From Candidatus Nanoarchaeia archaeon (lineage in GTDB: Archaea; Nanobdellota; Nanobdellia; Woesearchaeales; JACQSR01): DNA of 64,000 bases. Every line of letters starts with the position of its first letter. The stretch's first letter is position 1. Below are positions 48,008 through 56,930 of the stretch, in pieces. The notes under the pieces are model-generated. The model did no database searches and was not told the origin of the DNA. It saw only the letters and a list, made by a program, of their open reading frames with translations. The DNA lies in NCBI GenBank assembly GCA_035289105.1, contig DATDYF010000037.1:6418-70417 (forward strand), in the 5' to 3' direction. The translations under genes and the position numbers were made by a program.

Positions 48008-48514
48008 ATGCTGAAAGTTATATTTGACACAAACATTTATGGGTTCTTGCTTAAAGAGGTGGATGCTACTGAGATTGAAAGAAAAATAAGCCAGGATAAG
48101 GAATTTGTTGTATATGGCTATCCATTGATAAGGAAGGAGATTCGAGACATACCAAAAGTCACTAAGCTCAGCAAAAAGACTAGAATTCTTTTGTTGGGCC
48201 TTTACGACAGAATAACTGGCAACCATTTTCTTGAACATTCCATAAGGATTACCAGTCTAGCTAGAAAATACTACGATTACTACAGAAAACTTGGGGGAGT
48301 CTATGGGTGGGATACATCTGTTCGAGTTGATTTTATGATAGTTGCATGTGCAAGTTTTCATGGGCTTGATATTGTATACTCTGCAGATAGCAAAACACTT
48401 CTTGGAAAGCATGCTTTGAAAGCTTATAAGCACATAAACCTAAGGGAGAATTGCAGAACACCCAATTTTCTGGAATATGAAGACCTGCTTGGAAAACTCA
48501 GAAGCCTAGTTTAA
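48008..48514 (+). CDS. PIN domain protein (VapC-like nuclease)
   Basis: 'VIFDTNIY' N-terminal acidic motif. Later conserved D residues. 168 aa. Confidence 0.65.
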   Translation: MLKVIFDTNIYGFLLKEVDATEIERKISQDKEFVVYGYPLIRKEIRDIPKVTKLSKKTRILLLGLYDRITGNHFLEHSIRITSLARKYYDYYRKLGGVYGWDTSVRVDFMIVACASFHGLDIVYSADSKTLLGKHALKAYKHINLRENCRTPNFLEYEDLLGKLRSLV

Positions 48515-48749
48515 TTTATGAACAGAAGTTGATGCTTTAATGAACCTGTTGATTTCCCTAACAAAATCCGGGTCTTTCTGGGCCTCCATTATAGCATCCA
48601 ACAATTCTTTCTGCGTCATACGGGGTATAGAAGATATGCCCCTATTTAAAATTTTGCCTGCTAAGGATAGATTTGAGGGAGGTGCTTGGGCACTTGGGCT
48701 GATGGGTTCGCAAAGATTTAAATGCAACCCCTATTGAAAAAGGTAAGGG

Positions 48750-49106
48750 ATGACAAACAAAATCATAAAAACCATTCAAATTATAAGGGATGCAATTCTT
48801 GTTCTCTTTTGCACCCTCGCAGTTTTTGTAATACCAACCACTACAAAAGGTGCACCTATGGGAGATGCTCAAAAAATGATAGTTATCCTATTTGGAGCCA
48901 TAGCCTTTCTTCTGCTTTTGGATTTAATCTTTGCCATAATCAAGAAAGCATTTTGGTTTCAGAAAACAATTAACGGCTTAACACTCATCCCCATGTTTAT
49001 TATAACTGGATTTGGGATTGGCGGGGGAAACATAGCGGTGATTGTCATTGGGTCGCTGTTTATGTTGCTTAGCATTGTAATGCTAATCGGAGTTAAAAAA
49101 CAGTAA
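48750..49106 (+). CDS. Hypothetical integral membrane protein
   Basis: Three or four hydrophobic helices. 118 aa. Confidence 0.5.
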   Translation: MTNKIIKTIQIIRDAILVLFCTLAVFVIPTTTKGAPMGDAQKMIVILFGAIAFLLLLDLIFAIIKKAFWFQKTINGLTLIPMFIITGFGIGGGNIAVIVIGSLFMLLSIVMLIGVKKQ

Positions 49107-49139
49107 ATATTTTAAAGCCAGTTTCGCTACCCTTCAATC

Positions 49140-49715
49140 ATGGAAATAGCAAATTTACAGCAAAGGGTAAGGGAAAACTTCTACCTCAGCGGAACCAGGA
49201 TTGCAGGAGTAATGGAAGGGCGGGAGCCGTACGAATGCAAAGTCAAGAACGCTTGCTCTGAAATCGAGATTGAAGGGGATTTGGCACTGCACCACCGGCT
49301 TTCCATCGGACCCGACCACGTTCTTGTCTGCAAGACACCTCTTCCTGCAGAGGTTTTAAATGGCATTAATGGGCTCCTGTATAGCCAAGCAGGCAATCTT
49401 ACAAATCAAGGGATAGAAGAGCTTAAGGCCATGGCTGGACTTACTGCAACTACTTATATTCTAATTTATCAAACTTCGCAAAGGACAAGCATAGTAATGT
49501 CTTATTCGCCTGTCACAAGGGCGCATAAAAATCTCGAAAAGGTTGCAGGATTCAAAAGCTACGAAGCCGTTTCAGTCCATCCGGTTGAAAGGAAAAAGGA
49601 GGACGATGATGTGCTCCGCGCCCTTATCGATTCCGTAGCTTCAAAGCCATTTTTTTCCGTGGCAAAAGAAGTTAAAAAAAGAAAAGGAATTCTAGAAAAG
49701 CGTCTTGGGGATTAA
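49140..49715 (+). CDS. Hypothetical protein
   Basis: 191-aa ORF with no recognised family. Confidence 0.45.
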   Translation: MEIANLQQRVRENFYLSGTRIAGVMEGREPYECKVKNACSEIEIEGDLALHHRLSIGPDHVLVCKTPLPAEVLNGINGLLYSQAGNLTNQGIEELKAMAGLTATTYILIYQTSQRTSIVMSYSPVTRAHKNLEKVAGFKSYEAVSVHPVERKKEDDDVLRALIDSVASKPFFSVAKEVKKRKGILEKRLGD

Positions 49716-49745
49716 CTTTAAATAATGGGCTGCTAATCCATTCAT

Positions 49746-50489
49746 ATGGCATTTTTAATAGATGTTCACTGCCATCTTGACCTTTGCGAAGATATAGATA
49801 GTGCTGTGGAAAGGGCAAAGGAAGCTGGAGTTTGCGCAATTATAGCAAACGGAACTAATCCTGAAAGCAATCTGAGAGTTCTTGAGCTTGCGAAGAAGTA
49901 TGATATTGTCAAGGCAGCTTTGGGTATTTATCCCTTGGAAGGTCTGGAGTTAAGCGAGAATGCATTTGATGATTTGCTGAAGTTTATAGAAAAGCACAAA
50001 GACCAGATTATTGCCCTTGGAGAGGTTGGGGTCGATTACCACACCATAAAAGACAAAAACGAAGAGCAAAAGGAGAATTTCCTCAAGATAATACGGCTTT
50101 CAGAGAAGATAAAAAAGCCCATGATAGTTCACAGCAGAAAGGCAGAATCAGATGTTTTGGATATCCTTGAGAGCTCAAACGTGAAGAAGGCTGTAATGCA
50201 CTGCTTTAATGGCAACATGAAGCTTGTCAAGAGGGCTGAAGATTTGGGGTATTATTTTTCCATACCAACAAATATTGTCTCTCTAAAGCATTTTCAGGAG
50301 GTTGTTGAGAGGGTGCAGATGGAAAGGATACTTACAGAAACTGATGCTCCATGGCTTTCCCCATTTAAGGGCGGGAAGAATGAGCCTGCTTTCGTGGCGG
50401 AAAGCATAAAAAAGATTGCAGAGACCAAGAAAATGACCCATGAAGAGATTGCAAACGTAGTGTACATGAATTATCAGAGGGTGTTCTAG
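49746..50489 (+). CDS. tatD: TatD-family metal-dependent hydrolase
   Basis: 'IDVHCHLD' and 'HCFNG' motifs. 247 aa. Confidence 0.88.
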   Translation: MAFLIDVHCHLDLCEDIDSAVERAKEAGVCAIIANGTNPESNLRVLELAKKYDIVKAALGIYPLEGLELSENAFDDLLKFIEKHKDQIIALGEVGVDYHTIKDKNEEQKENFLKIIRLSEKIKKPMIVHSRKAESDVLDILESSNVKKAVMHCFNGNMKLVKRAEDLGYYFSIPTNIVSLKHFQEVVERVQMERILTETDAPWLSPFKGGKNEPAFVAESIKKIAETKKMTHEEIANVVYMNYQRVF

Positions 50490-50492
50490 GGC

Positions 50493-50517
50493 AGCTCCGG
50501 AAATCTTCCGGTTTTTT
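50493..50517 (+). terminator. Conserved hairpin AGCTCCGGAAATCTTCCGG (CCGGAA-atc-TTCCGG) plus T6, copy 1
   Basis: Begins 4 nt after the tatD stop. The same 17-mer recurs at 53375 and 54146. Confidence 0.5.
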
Positions 50518-50556
50518 CTGGGAAGAGTTTATATTTATGAAAGTATAACCAACCTT

Positions 50557-51057
50557 ATGAGCGAAATGATCTATGTTTTGATGGATACAGACACGTACAT
50601 TGAGAGCTGTCTAAGCTCAGGCAATCCTTATAAGTTCAAGCATACCCAAGAAACCACTTTTGGAAAGCGTATTGACTTAGGCCTTTGGAAGGAAAAAACT
50701 TTTAGAGAGTTATTTGAGTATCTAACTGATCCAGCCCCCGATACTCTAAACCCTAGAGGTTATAGCGACCTAGAGTCTAAATGCATATTGGAGGTAAAAA
50801 GAAAGGTAGAAGATCTCCTTTCACACAGGGATGATGATTACTTCTTTCCGTTCTGTTTCTATTTTTCCCATATAAAAGAAACAGAAAAGGGGATACAATA
50901 TTTCCACCATTGCGTGGAATTTGACGATAAAGTCAAGAAGTATTTTCCTGATGTTTTAGTCTCTAAGGATTTCGAGGTGGAAGAAAAGGGCGGAGGCCTA
51001 TCACGTGTAAATGCAAAATACGCCAGGCTGGGACTGACACTGAAAATTCTAGGGTAA
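50557..51057 (+). CDS. Hypothetical protein
   Basis: 166-aa ORF with no recognised family. Confidence 0.45.
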   Translation: MSEMIYVLMDTDTYIESCLSSGNPYKFKHTQETTFGKRIDLGLWKEKTFRELFEYLTDPAPDTLNPRGYSDLESKCILEVKRKVEDLLSHRDDDYFFPFCFYFSHIKETEKGIQYFHHCVEFDDKVKKYFPDVLVSKDFEVEEKGGGLSRVNAKYARLGLTLKILG

Positions 51058-51082
51058 ATGAGATTAGGCCATTTGTTTTCTT

Positions 51083-51898
51083 ATGTTCAAAACAAATGAA
51101 ACATTTAAATACGCTCATTGCTGTAATCTGTATATGGACCCCATTATTGAAAAAATTAAACGAGATCCAAAAGAGAGAGATATAATATGCTCGTCTATCG
51201 AAACTTGGAGAAATCATTGGTTCAAGTGCTCGCATGAAGAATCCCTCAAAGGGATAGACGGAAAAGTATACCAAGCGCATAATTGGATTTATGGGCGGGA
51301 AGTTAGGGTTTTTCGAATGGCCGAGGTTGATAAAAAGGTGGTTTCTTTTGTTGCTGCAGGAATTCAGGATTTAATCGGCCAGATAGGGTTGGGTTTCTCG
51401 GTTGCGGACTATGGCGTTGAAAGAAATGCGACTGAAGAGGTCATGCAGGCTATTCAGCCAGATGGCAGGGTCAGTGCTAGTAAACTGGGACAAATCTTAA
51501 TTGCGGAAAGGTTCAGAAACCCGCAATATGGGGGAAGGCCTCATGCAGATGTAATAATAACCGACAGGTATTTGGTAAAGGAAACTGAAACGGACGACTG
51601 GGGCCAAAGCCAATTCAGATACGGTTACATAGTTCTTGGGCTTGCTGGAGATAGGCAAAAAGGGCTTGAATTCATCAGGCGTCTTGCAAAACATGAATCA
51701 GGGCACCTATTTAAGGGAGGGCATTACCAACATCATAATGAGCCACCCCTGACTATTCCAGGTTATAGGGACGTTTCGGATTGCAATATGTTATGGCGAG
51801 CCTCAACCGAATATACCTGTGAGAGGTGCGCTGATGCTATAACCTATTTTTGGAGAGGGCTTGAGGCAAAAACTGGAGAAAAATTTTTTAAGAAATAA
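51083..51898 (+). CDS. Archaemetzincin-like zinc metalloprotease (M54-like)
   Basis: 'HESGHLFKGGHYQHH' (HExxHxxGxxH). Downstream Cys4 'SDCNM..YTCERCAD'. Confidence 0.6.
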   Translation: MFKTNETFKYAHCCNLYMDPIIEKIKRDPKERDIICSSIETWRNHWFKCSHEESLKGIDGKVYQAHNWIYGREVRVFRMAEVDKKVVSFVAAGIQDLIGQIGLGFSVADYGVERNATEEVMQAIQPDGRVSASKLGQILIAERFRNPQYGGRPHADVIITDRYLVKETETDDWGQSQFRYGYIVLGLAGDRQKGLEFIRRLAKHESGHLFKGGHYQHHNEPPLTIPGYRDVSDCNMLWRASTEYTCERCADAITYFWRGLEAKTGEKFFKK

Positions 51899-51913
51899 AT
51901 TATAGAAGAAATT

Positions 51914-52834
51914 TCACTTTACCTTGTTCAAAATCTCCCTGAGCACACCCGCAGAATTGTGCAATGCCGCCTGCTCTTCTTCGCTTAAGGGGAGCTGTAT
52001 CCTTCTTTGGATTCCGCCTTTGCCAATTGCGCAGGGAACGCTCATGCATAAGTCTCCTTCATCATAGTAGTTTTCTATAAAGGTTGAGACCGGAAATACC
52101 CTTTTCTCGTCATGAAGGATTGACTGGACAATTTCTGCGATTACGAGGGCAATTGCAAAATAGGTTGCTCCCTTTCTGGAAATTATCTCATATGCAGCAT
52201 TCTTTGTTTTCTTGAAGTCATCATCCAGCTTTGCCTTGTCATACGCCCAAGTATCTTTGATGTTTAACCCTGCTATCGTAGCTCCGCTTAAGACCGGGAA
52301 TTCCGAATCACCATGCTCACCAAGTATATATGCATGAACACTCTGGGGGCTGACATTGAAATGCTCTGCAAGGTAATACCTATATCTAGCAGTGTCAAGT
52401 GTTGTTCCAGTTCCAAAAACTCTTTCGCGCGGAAAACCTGAATACTTCAATGCAAGGTAAGTCATTATATCAACAGGGTTTGAAACAATAAGAAATATGC
52501 TGTTTGGTGAGGATTTTGCAATCTTAGGTATCATATCATTGAAAATCCCAGAATTTTTTGATACCAAATCAAGCCTCGTTTCGCCTGGATTCTGGTGGGC
52601 ACCAGCAGTTATTACCACTATTTCAGCGCCTGCACAGATGTCATAGGAATCTCCGAATGTTATTTTTACGCCAGGACTGAACTGCAGGCCGTGCTCCAAA
52701 TCCATGGCATGCCCTTCTGCCTTTTCCCTGTGGGGGTCGAATATGGCAATTTCAGAGGCAGTTCTTTTTATGAACAGTGCATAGGCAGTAGTGGAGCCTA
52801 CAAAGCCCGAACCTATGATAGCTACCTTTGACAT
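51914..52834 (-). CDS. mdh: L-lactate/malate dehydrogenase
   Basis: 'KVAIIGSGFVGSTTAY' Rossmann motif. 'GEHGDS' catalytic region. 306 aa. Confidence 0.88.
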   Translation of the reverse strand: MSKVAIIGSGFVGSTTAYALFIKRTASEIAIFDPHREKAEGHAMDLEHGLQFSPGVKITFGDSYDICAGAEIVVITAGAHQNPGETRLDLVSKNSGIFNDMIPKIAKSSPNSIFLIVSNPVDIMTYLALKYSGFPRERVFGTGTTLDTARYRYYLAEHFNVSPQSVHAYILGEHGDSEFPVLSGATIAGLNIKDTWAYDKAKLDDDFKKTKNAAYEIISRKGATYFAIALVIAEIVQSILHDEKRVFPVSTFIENYYDEGDLCMSVPCAIGKGGIQRRIQLPLSEEEQAALHNSAGVLREILNKVK

Positions 52835-52947
52835 TTTTCCTCTTTTTCTGGATTTATAGCTGCTTGTTTTTAAATCTCTTTTGGTTCCGGAAATTCTCTG
52901 GTTTTTCTCGGGTAAAATATATAAAGAGCATTTTTAACCTAACTGCC

Positions 52948-53376
52948 ATGTTAAGCGGCAAAGAGTCAGAGGTGCTTTTGTACCTCCGGGAGGATGCAAG
53001 AAAAAGCCTTGCGGAGATATCAAGGGAGTCTGGAATTCCTGTAGCAACGGTGCATGGCATTGTCAGGAGGCTGAAAAAGAGGGGAATCATAATCAAATAT
53101 GCGTCTCTCATGGATTTTCAAAGGATTGGATATAGCTTAAGGGTAATGATGGCTATAAAGACTGATAGAAAAGCTGAGGTAATGCGGCATTTGTCAAGGC
53201 ACCCAAATGTAAACTCGCTTTCCAAGGCTGCTTCCGGGTGCGATTTCTGCATTGATGCCGTTTTCAGGCATTGCGGGGAGCTGGAACTATTCAAGGAAGG
53301 GCTTCAGAAGTTCAATATAACCTATATCGGAGAGCATAACATGGTTGAGGAGATAAAGGCAGAATCCTCTGTTTAG
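52948..53376 (+). CDS. Lrp/AsnC-family transcriptional regulator
   Basis: HTH 'ARKSLAEISRESGIPVATVHGIVRRLKKRGII' plus RAM domain. Start set at an internal ATG. Confidence 0.78.
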   Translation: MLSGKESEVLLYLREDARKSLAEISRESGIPVATVHGIVRRLKKRGIIIKYASLMDFQRIGYSLRVMMAIKTDRKAEVMRHLSRHPNVNSLSKAASGCDFCIDAVFRHCGELELFKEGLQKFNITYIGEHNMVEEIKAESSV

Positions 53377-53393
53377 CTCCGGAAATCTTCCGG
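53375..53393 (+). terminator. Conserved hairpin AGCTCCGGAAATCTTCCGG, copy 2 (overlaps the TAG stop of the Lrp gene)
   Basis: 17-mer identical to copy 1. Confidence 0.45.
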
Positions 53394-53464
53394 AATTTAT
53401 GGGTTAAGGTTTTTTAAGGGGAGAAGTTTTCATTTCAGCCATGGAAAAGCCTTATACATACCTA

Positions 53465-53482
53465 AGTATACTCTTGTATACT
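53465..53482 (+). promoter_or_regulatory. Palindrome AGTATAC-tctt-GTATACT upstream of the relB-like antitoxin. Candidate autoregulatory operator.
   Basis: Perfect 7-bp inverted repeat 13 nt before the SD 'gaggtgag'. Confidence 0.3.
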
Positions 53483-53494
53483 GAGGTGAGCAAT

Positions 53495-53734
53495 ATGGCT
53501 GCAACTACGATTAAAATTTACGAAGAAACAAAACACGACTTGGACGAGTTTAGGGAATACAAAAACGAAAGTTACGACGAGGTCATTAAAAAAATCGTTT
53601 ACATCGCAAAGGCCTCAAAAAAAGAGCCTAAGCTGAGCAAAGAAGCCATGGAATCCATAGAAAAGGCCCGGGCAAGAATAAGGGCAGGCAGATTTATTAC
53701 CGAAGAGGAAGCCAGGAAGAGGCTTGGATTTTAA
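53495..53734 (+). CDS. RelB/ribbon-helix-helix-type antitoxin
   Basis: 79-aa ORF MAATTIKIYEETKHDL.. with C-terminus 'ARARIRAGRFITEEEARKRLGF'. Its stop overlaps the ATG of the relE fragment (TAATG). Confidence 0.55.
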   Translation: MAATTIKIYEETKHDLDEFREYKNESYDEVIKKIVYIAKASKKEPKLSKEAMESIEKARARIRAGRFITEEEARKRLGF

Positions 53735-54133
53735 TGTACGCGGTGTTTTTTGATGATAAGGCAATCGAATTTCTCGAAAAACTACCTAAAGAGTTAAGCA
53801 AAAGGATTTATACAATGAAATACCACCATTCTATCTGAATGGCGGTATGAGTTGTGCTCAAAAACCACCAGCTAAGGAATGGCGGTATTTCAAGTGTCAA
53901 AAACTCCGTATCGCTATATAATCATGCCACCAGTCTATTGACTGGTGGTTTTTGACAAGAAGACAGTTTCAGCCAAAGAGAATCCTTTTCATTTTTTTGA
54001 GCGGCTTGAAGGGCGGGGTGATTACAAGCTAAGAGTCGGAGACTACCGGGTAATAGCAGATATCAATCAAAAGGAAAGGATAATTGCAGTAACCCTTATA
54101 GGCCACAGGAAAAATATCTATCAGAAACTTTGA
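53734..54133 (+). pseudogene. relE: RelE/ParE-family toxin gene split by an approximately 140-bp insertion
   Basis: N-terminal fragment (53734-53838) 'MYAVFFDDKAIEFLEKLPKELSKRIY'. C-terminal fragment (53945-54133, different frame) 'ENPFHFFERLEGRGDYKLRVGDYRVIADINQKERIIAVTLIGHRKNIY'. Confidence 0.65.
53812..53953. mobile_element. MITE/PATE-like palindromic element, copy 2, inserted in relE. Hairpin TACCACCATTC-tatct-GAATGGCGGTA at the left. Internal box TCAAAAACCACCAG. Hairpin CCACCAGTC-tatt-GACTGGTGG at the right.
   Basis: Splits the relE ORF with a frame change. Shares hairpin and box consensus and the GGTTyTTGACA end with copy 1 at 22461-22608. Exact termini are uncertain. Confidence 0.45.
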
Positions 54134-54145
54134 GTTGAATTTTGT

Positions 54146-54167
54146 CTCCGGAAATCTTCCGGTTTTT
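54146..54167 (+). terminator. Conserved hairpin CTCCGGAAATCTTCCGG plus T5, copy 3
   Basis: Begins 13 nt after the relE fragment stop. Confidence 0.45.
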
Positions 54168-54202
54168 GAGGGGAAACGCTTATTAAAAGATTTTTCCTTC
54201 CT

Positions 54203-54796
54203 TTGTGCATGGATGAAGTGCCCTATATAGGAAAGCAGAAACGCGATTACAGGTTAGGCAAAGGACTGCTGATTGGTGGAACTGCACTGGCAATTATTGG
54301 CGCAATTGCTTACCATGACCTCAAGAAGGGCTATGACAGCGAAAATGCAGGCAGTTCTTCTGTTATCATAAGGGAAGCCCATGAATACAGGGAAAAGAGT
54401 CTTGACGAAAGGTTGAGGGACGCCCTGAACGAGCTTAACAGCAATCCAGAGGGCATGGAAAGGAATTATGGACTGCTTGCAGAAACCGTGGAGGGAAGAT
54501 TGGAGGGCCATCCTGAATATGCAAATAGGCTGATTGTTTCCTCTCTTTCTGTTTTAAAGGACAATATCAGCCCGGAAGCATATGTAGCGATGTTCGAAGA
54601 GATAAAAAAGAAGGTAGAGGAGAACCCCGAATTGATGGACCATTTCGGTGAGAACGCAAATTCGTACATGGAGAAAAAAATCACCGATAAGCTTTATGGG
54701 AAGATGGGAAATGCCCTGCGTGACAGTGCAACAAGGCTAAAAGAAAAGGGAAGGAATCTGCTTGATGCCCTAACCAAGCCTAGGGAGGCAAAGTAA
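54203..54796 (+). CDS. Hypothetical membrane-anchored protein
   Basis: N-terminal TM 'LLIGGTALAIIGAIAY' followed by a helical soluble domain. 197 aa. Confidence 0.45.
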   Translation: MCMDEVPYIGKQKRDYRLGKGLLIGGTALAIIGAIAYHDLKKGYDSENAGSSSVIIREAHEYREKSLDERLRDALNELNSNPEGMERNYGLLAETVEGRLEGHPEYANRLIVSSLSVLKDNISPEAYVAMFEEIKKKVEENPELMDHFGENANSYMEKKITDKLYGKMGNALRDSATRLKEKGRNLLDALTKPREAK

Positions 54797-54797
54797 A

Positions 54798-55073
54798 ATG
54801 TGCTGGGTTTATGTTAAGCGGTTTGTCTTCTATGGCGGGATTGCCGCAATAATCGCTGCGCCCATTGCTTACAAATACGGCTACAATAACGGCAAATTAG
54901 ACTGCACAGTTGCGCAGTTTAATGAATCGAAACTGGAAAAAGTCGCTGACAACCAGTTCGGGGTTACAAATCCGGATGACAATAGGAGATATACCATTGA
55001 TTTTCACAACAAGACCATAATTCCAAATCAGAAGAAACTTGAGGACATTTTCAGGAAGCAAGAGGTCAAATGA
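54798..55073 (+). CDS. Hypothetical small membrane-anchored protein
   Basis: 91-aa ORF with an N-terminal TM. Starts 2 nt after the upstream stop. Confidence 0.42.
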   Translation: MCWVYVKRFVFYGGIAAIIAAPIAYKYGYNNGKLDCTVAQFNESKLEKVADNQFGVTNPDDNRRYTIDFHNKTIIPNQKKLEDIFRKQEVK

Positions 55074-55099
55074 GGCAATGACAACCATTAACTGGGGGG

Positions 55100-56185
55100 A
55101 TGAAAATGGAAGATCCAATAATAAAAAGGATAAAAGAAGAAGGGAGAAGTAAAAGGGCAAAAGCACCAGAGCAAAGAACTTTGACTGGAAGCATAGACCA
55201 GATTTTTTTGCCGGCAAGGGAAAATTCAGGCCAGTTGCAGAAGTTATACATGATTGGCAATCCGATCCATACGCTGAACCCCGATCAAACACCTTACGGA
55301 AGGCCCGGGCTGAAGGAGCTTGAGATTGCTGTGGAGAGGGTGAATGAGGGGCAAAAACAGCTGGAGGTCATAAAAAAGATAGAACGCTCTGAACTCTACA
55401 AGGGCATGATAACACTTTCTGACGGCCTCTTGGGGTTATTTGGAAGAAGGCCTGATAGGTTTAATGACATCTATGGGCTGTTTGAGCACCAGCAGCATAA
55501 TGTCAGGGACTTAAATCACATACTGGCAGCCATGGGGCGCTCTTACGATGAGAATGTAAAGAATACAAGGGCAGACCTAGACGGCCTTTTGGTTAAGACT
55601 CAAAGGGAGATAGAAAGAAGAAAAGTTATGGAGCAGGATGAAATTCCTCCAGAGATTAGAAGATATGACAATGCCATTTCAGCCCTTAAGGACAAAGACA
55701 GGTACAAAGACCCCTCAAGTTATTTTAGCGCTTTGCAAGAGGTTATTGATGCAAAAAGGGTGAGCAGGCAGAAAAGGTTTGAGTTCATCACCACCTCGAT
55801 GGGTGAAGAGCATCATTCTCTGCAGATAGACAAATTAATGATGCAGGAGGAGCTGTTTGAGACGATGCTTTACAGGGTTATGGAAATGGCGTTCAAGACC
55901 GAGCTTTATCAGGAAACCCTTGACCGCGACATTCCGCTCTGGAGATCTACGAGAGACCTCTTCGAGGCGGTTAAGGCAGTAAGCGGCTCCATGCTAATCC
56001 TTGAGAGCTACAACAGGGACCTTAACGAGACATACCTGAGGGCAATATCTGAGATTACAAGAATGGTTGATGGCCACAGAGGCGCAAGGCTCATAGAAAG
56101 CGCAAACCAAGACATGAGAAGGATGATAACTGATGTGAATGCAAGCTTTTACAGGAATGCTTCGCAATATGAGCAGAGAAAGTGA
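55100..56185 (+). CDS. Hypothetical protein
   Basis: 361-aa charged helical protein with no recognised family. Confidence 0.5.
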   Translation: MKMEDPIIKRIKEEGRSKRAKAPEQRTLTGSIDQIFLPARENSGQLQKLYMIGNPIHTLNPDQTPYGRPGLKELEIAVERVNEGQKQLEVIKKIERSELYKGMITLSDGLLGLFGRRPDRFNDIYGLFEHQQHNVRDLNHILAAMGRSYDENVKNTRADLDGLLVKTQREIERRKVMEQDEIPPEIRRYDNAISALKDKDRYKDPSSYFSALQEVIDAKRVSRQKRFEFITTSMGEEHHSLQIDKLMMQEELFETMLYRVMEMAFKTELYQETLDRDIPLWRSTRDLFEAVKAVSGSMLILESYNRDLNETYLRAISEITRMVDGHRGARLIESANQDMRRMITDVNASFYRNASQYEQRK

Positions 56186-56910
56186 TTGACTTAATTGTTC
56201 AAAAGCTAAAGTCCAGAGGGGCGTCAAGAAACCATAATCTTAACAGCCTTATATTGCAATCGCTGAAGGCCCAGAGAAGTCCAAGGCCGGAGTTTGACGT
56301 CAGCAGGTCAATAATTTATTCATTAAAACAGCAATTTAGGCCGCCATACAATTATCCGGCTTTTCCTGCGGAAACCGCATCTCTCGCCCAAGAACTTCAG
56401 CAGGATGCAATCAGGGAGCCCTTGCTCGATGTCAGCCAGATTGTTCCCAGCTATAACGTAATTGTGAATGACGAAAGTTTGCAGAATCCATTCATCATAA
56501 GCTCCTCGCTTGTTGAAATAATCAGGGAACACACTAACAACTATCAGTCCCAAGAGGATAAAGCTAAAGCGATATATGATTGGATGGAAGACAACATCGA
56601 GTATGGAAGGGACGGAAGATACGGATACAAGAACTCCAAAGAGACATTGGAAACGAAGGAAGGAATTTGCGGTGAAATGGCATTCCTCTACATTACGATG
56701 GCAAGGTGCTGCTCGCTCAGAAGCTCGTTTGTGGATGTGGAGGTGGATTTTAAGGGAAAAAGGGTTGAACACGGCTGTGCTATTGTGGATGCAGGCTACA
56801 GAGACGTCCTTGCCGACCCTGCATACCATCAATTTGACATTCAGCATAGGAGGTTCAGGGTGCTAAGCGACAGGGAAGTTCTCGAGATGTTCAATGAGTG
56901 GAGGGGGTAA
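56182..56910 (+). CDS. Transglutaminase-like cysteine protease superfamily protein
   Basis: Cys 'GICGEMAFLY', His 'HGCAIV', Asp 'DPAY' triad spacing typical of the TGase-like core. 4-nt overlap with the upstream gene. Confidence 0.65.
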   Translation: MIDLIVQKLKSRGASRNHNLNSLILQSLKAQRSPRPEFDVSRSIIYSLKQQFRPPYNYPAFPAETASLAQELQQDAIREPLLDVSQIVPSYNVIVNDESLQNPFIISSSLVEIIREHTNNYQSQEDKAKAIYDWMEDNIEYGRDGRYGYKNSKETLETKEGICGEMAFLYITMARCCSLRSSFVDVEVDFKGKRVEHGCAIVDAGYRDVLADPAYHQFDIQHRRFRVLSDREVLEMFNEWRG

Positions 56911-56930
56911 TGCTGCAAAGGGTAAATGCA

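Noticed and set aside
48506-48619. Short minus-strand ORF (37 aa from the internal ATG) convergent with the PIN gene. Considered as its antitoxin.
   Set aside because: Wrong orientation and position for a VapB partner. It overlaps the PIN 3' end and has no recognisable DNA-binding motif. Left unannotated.
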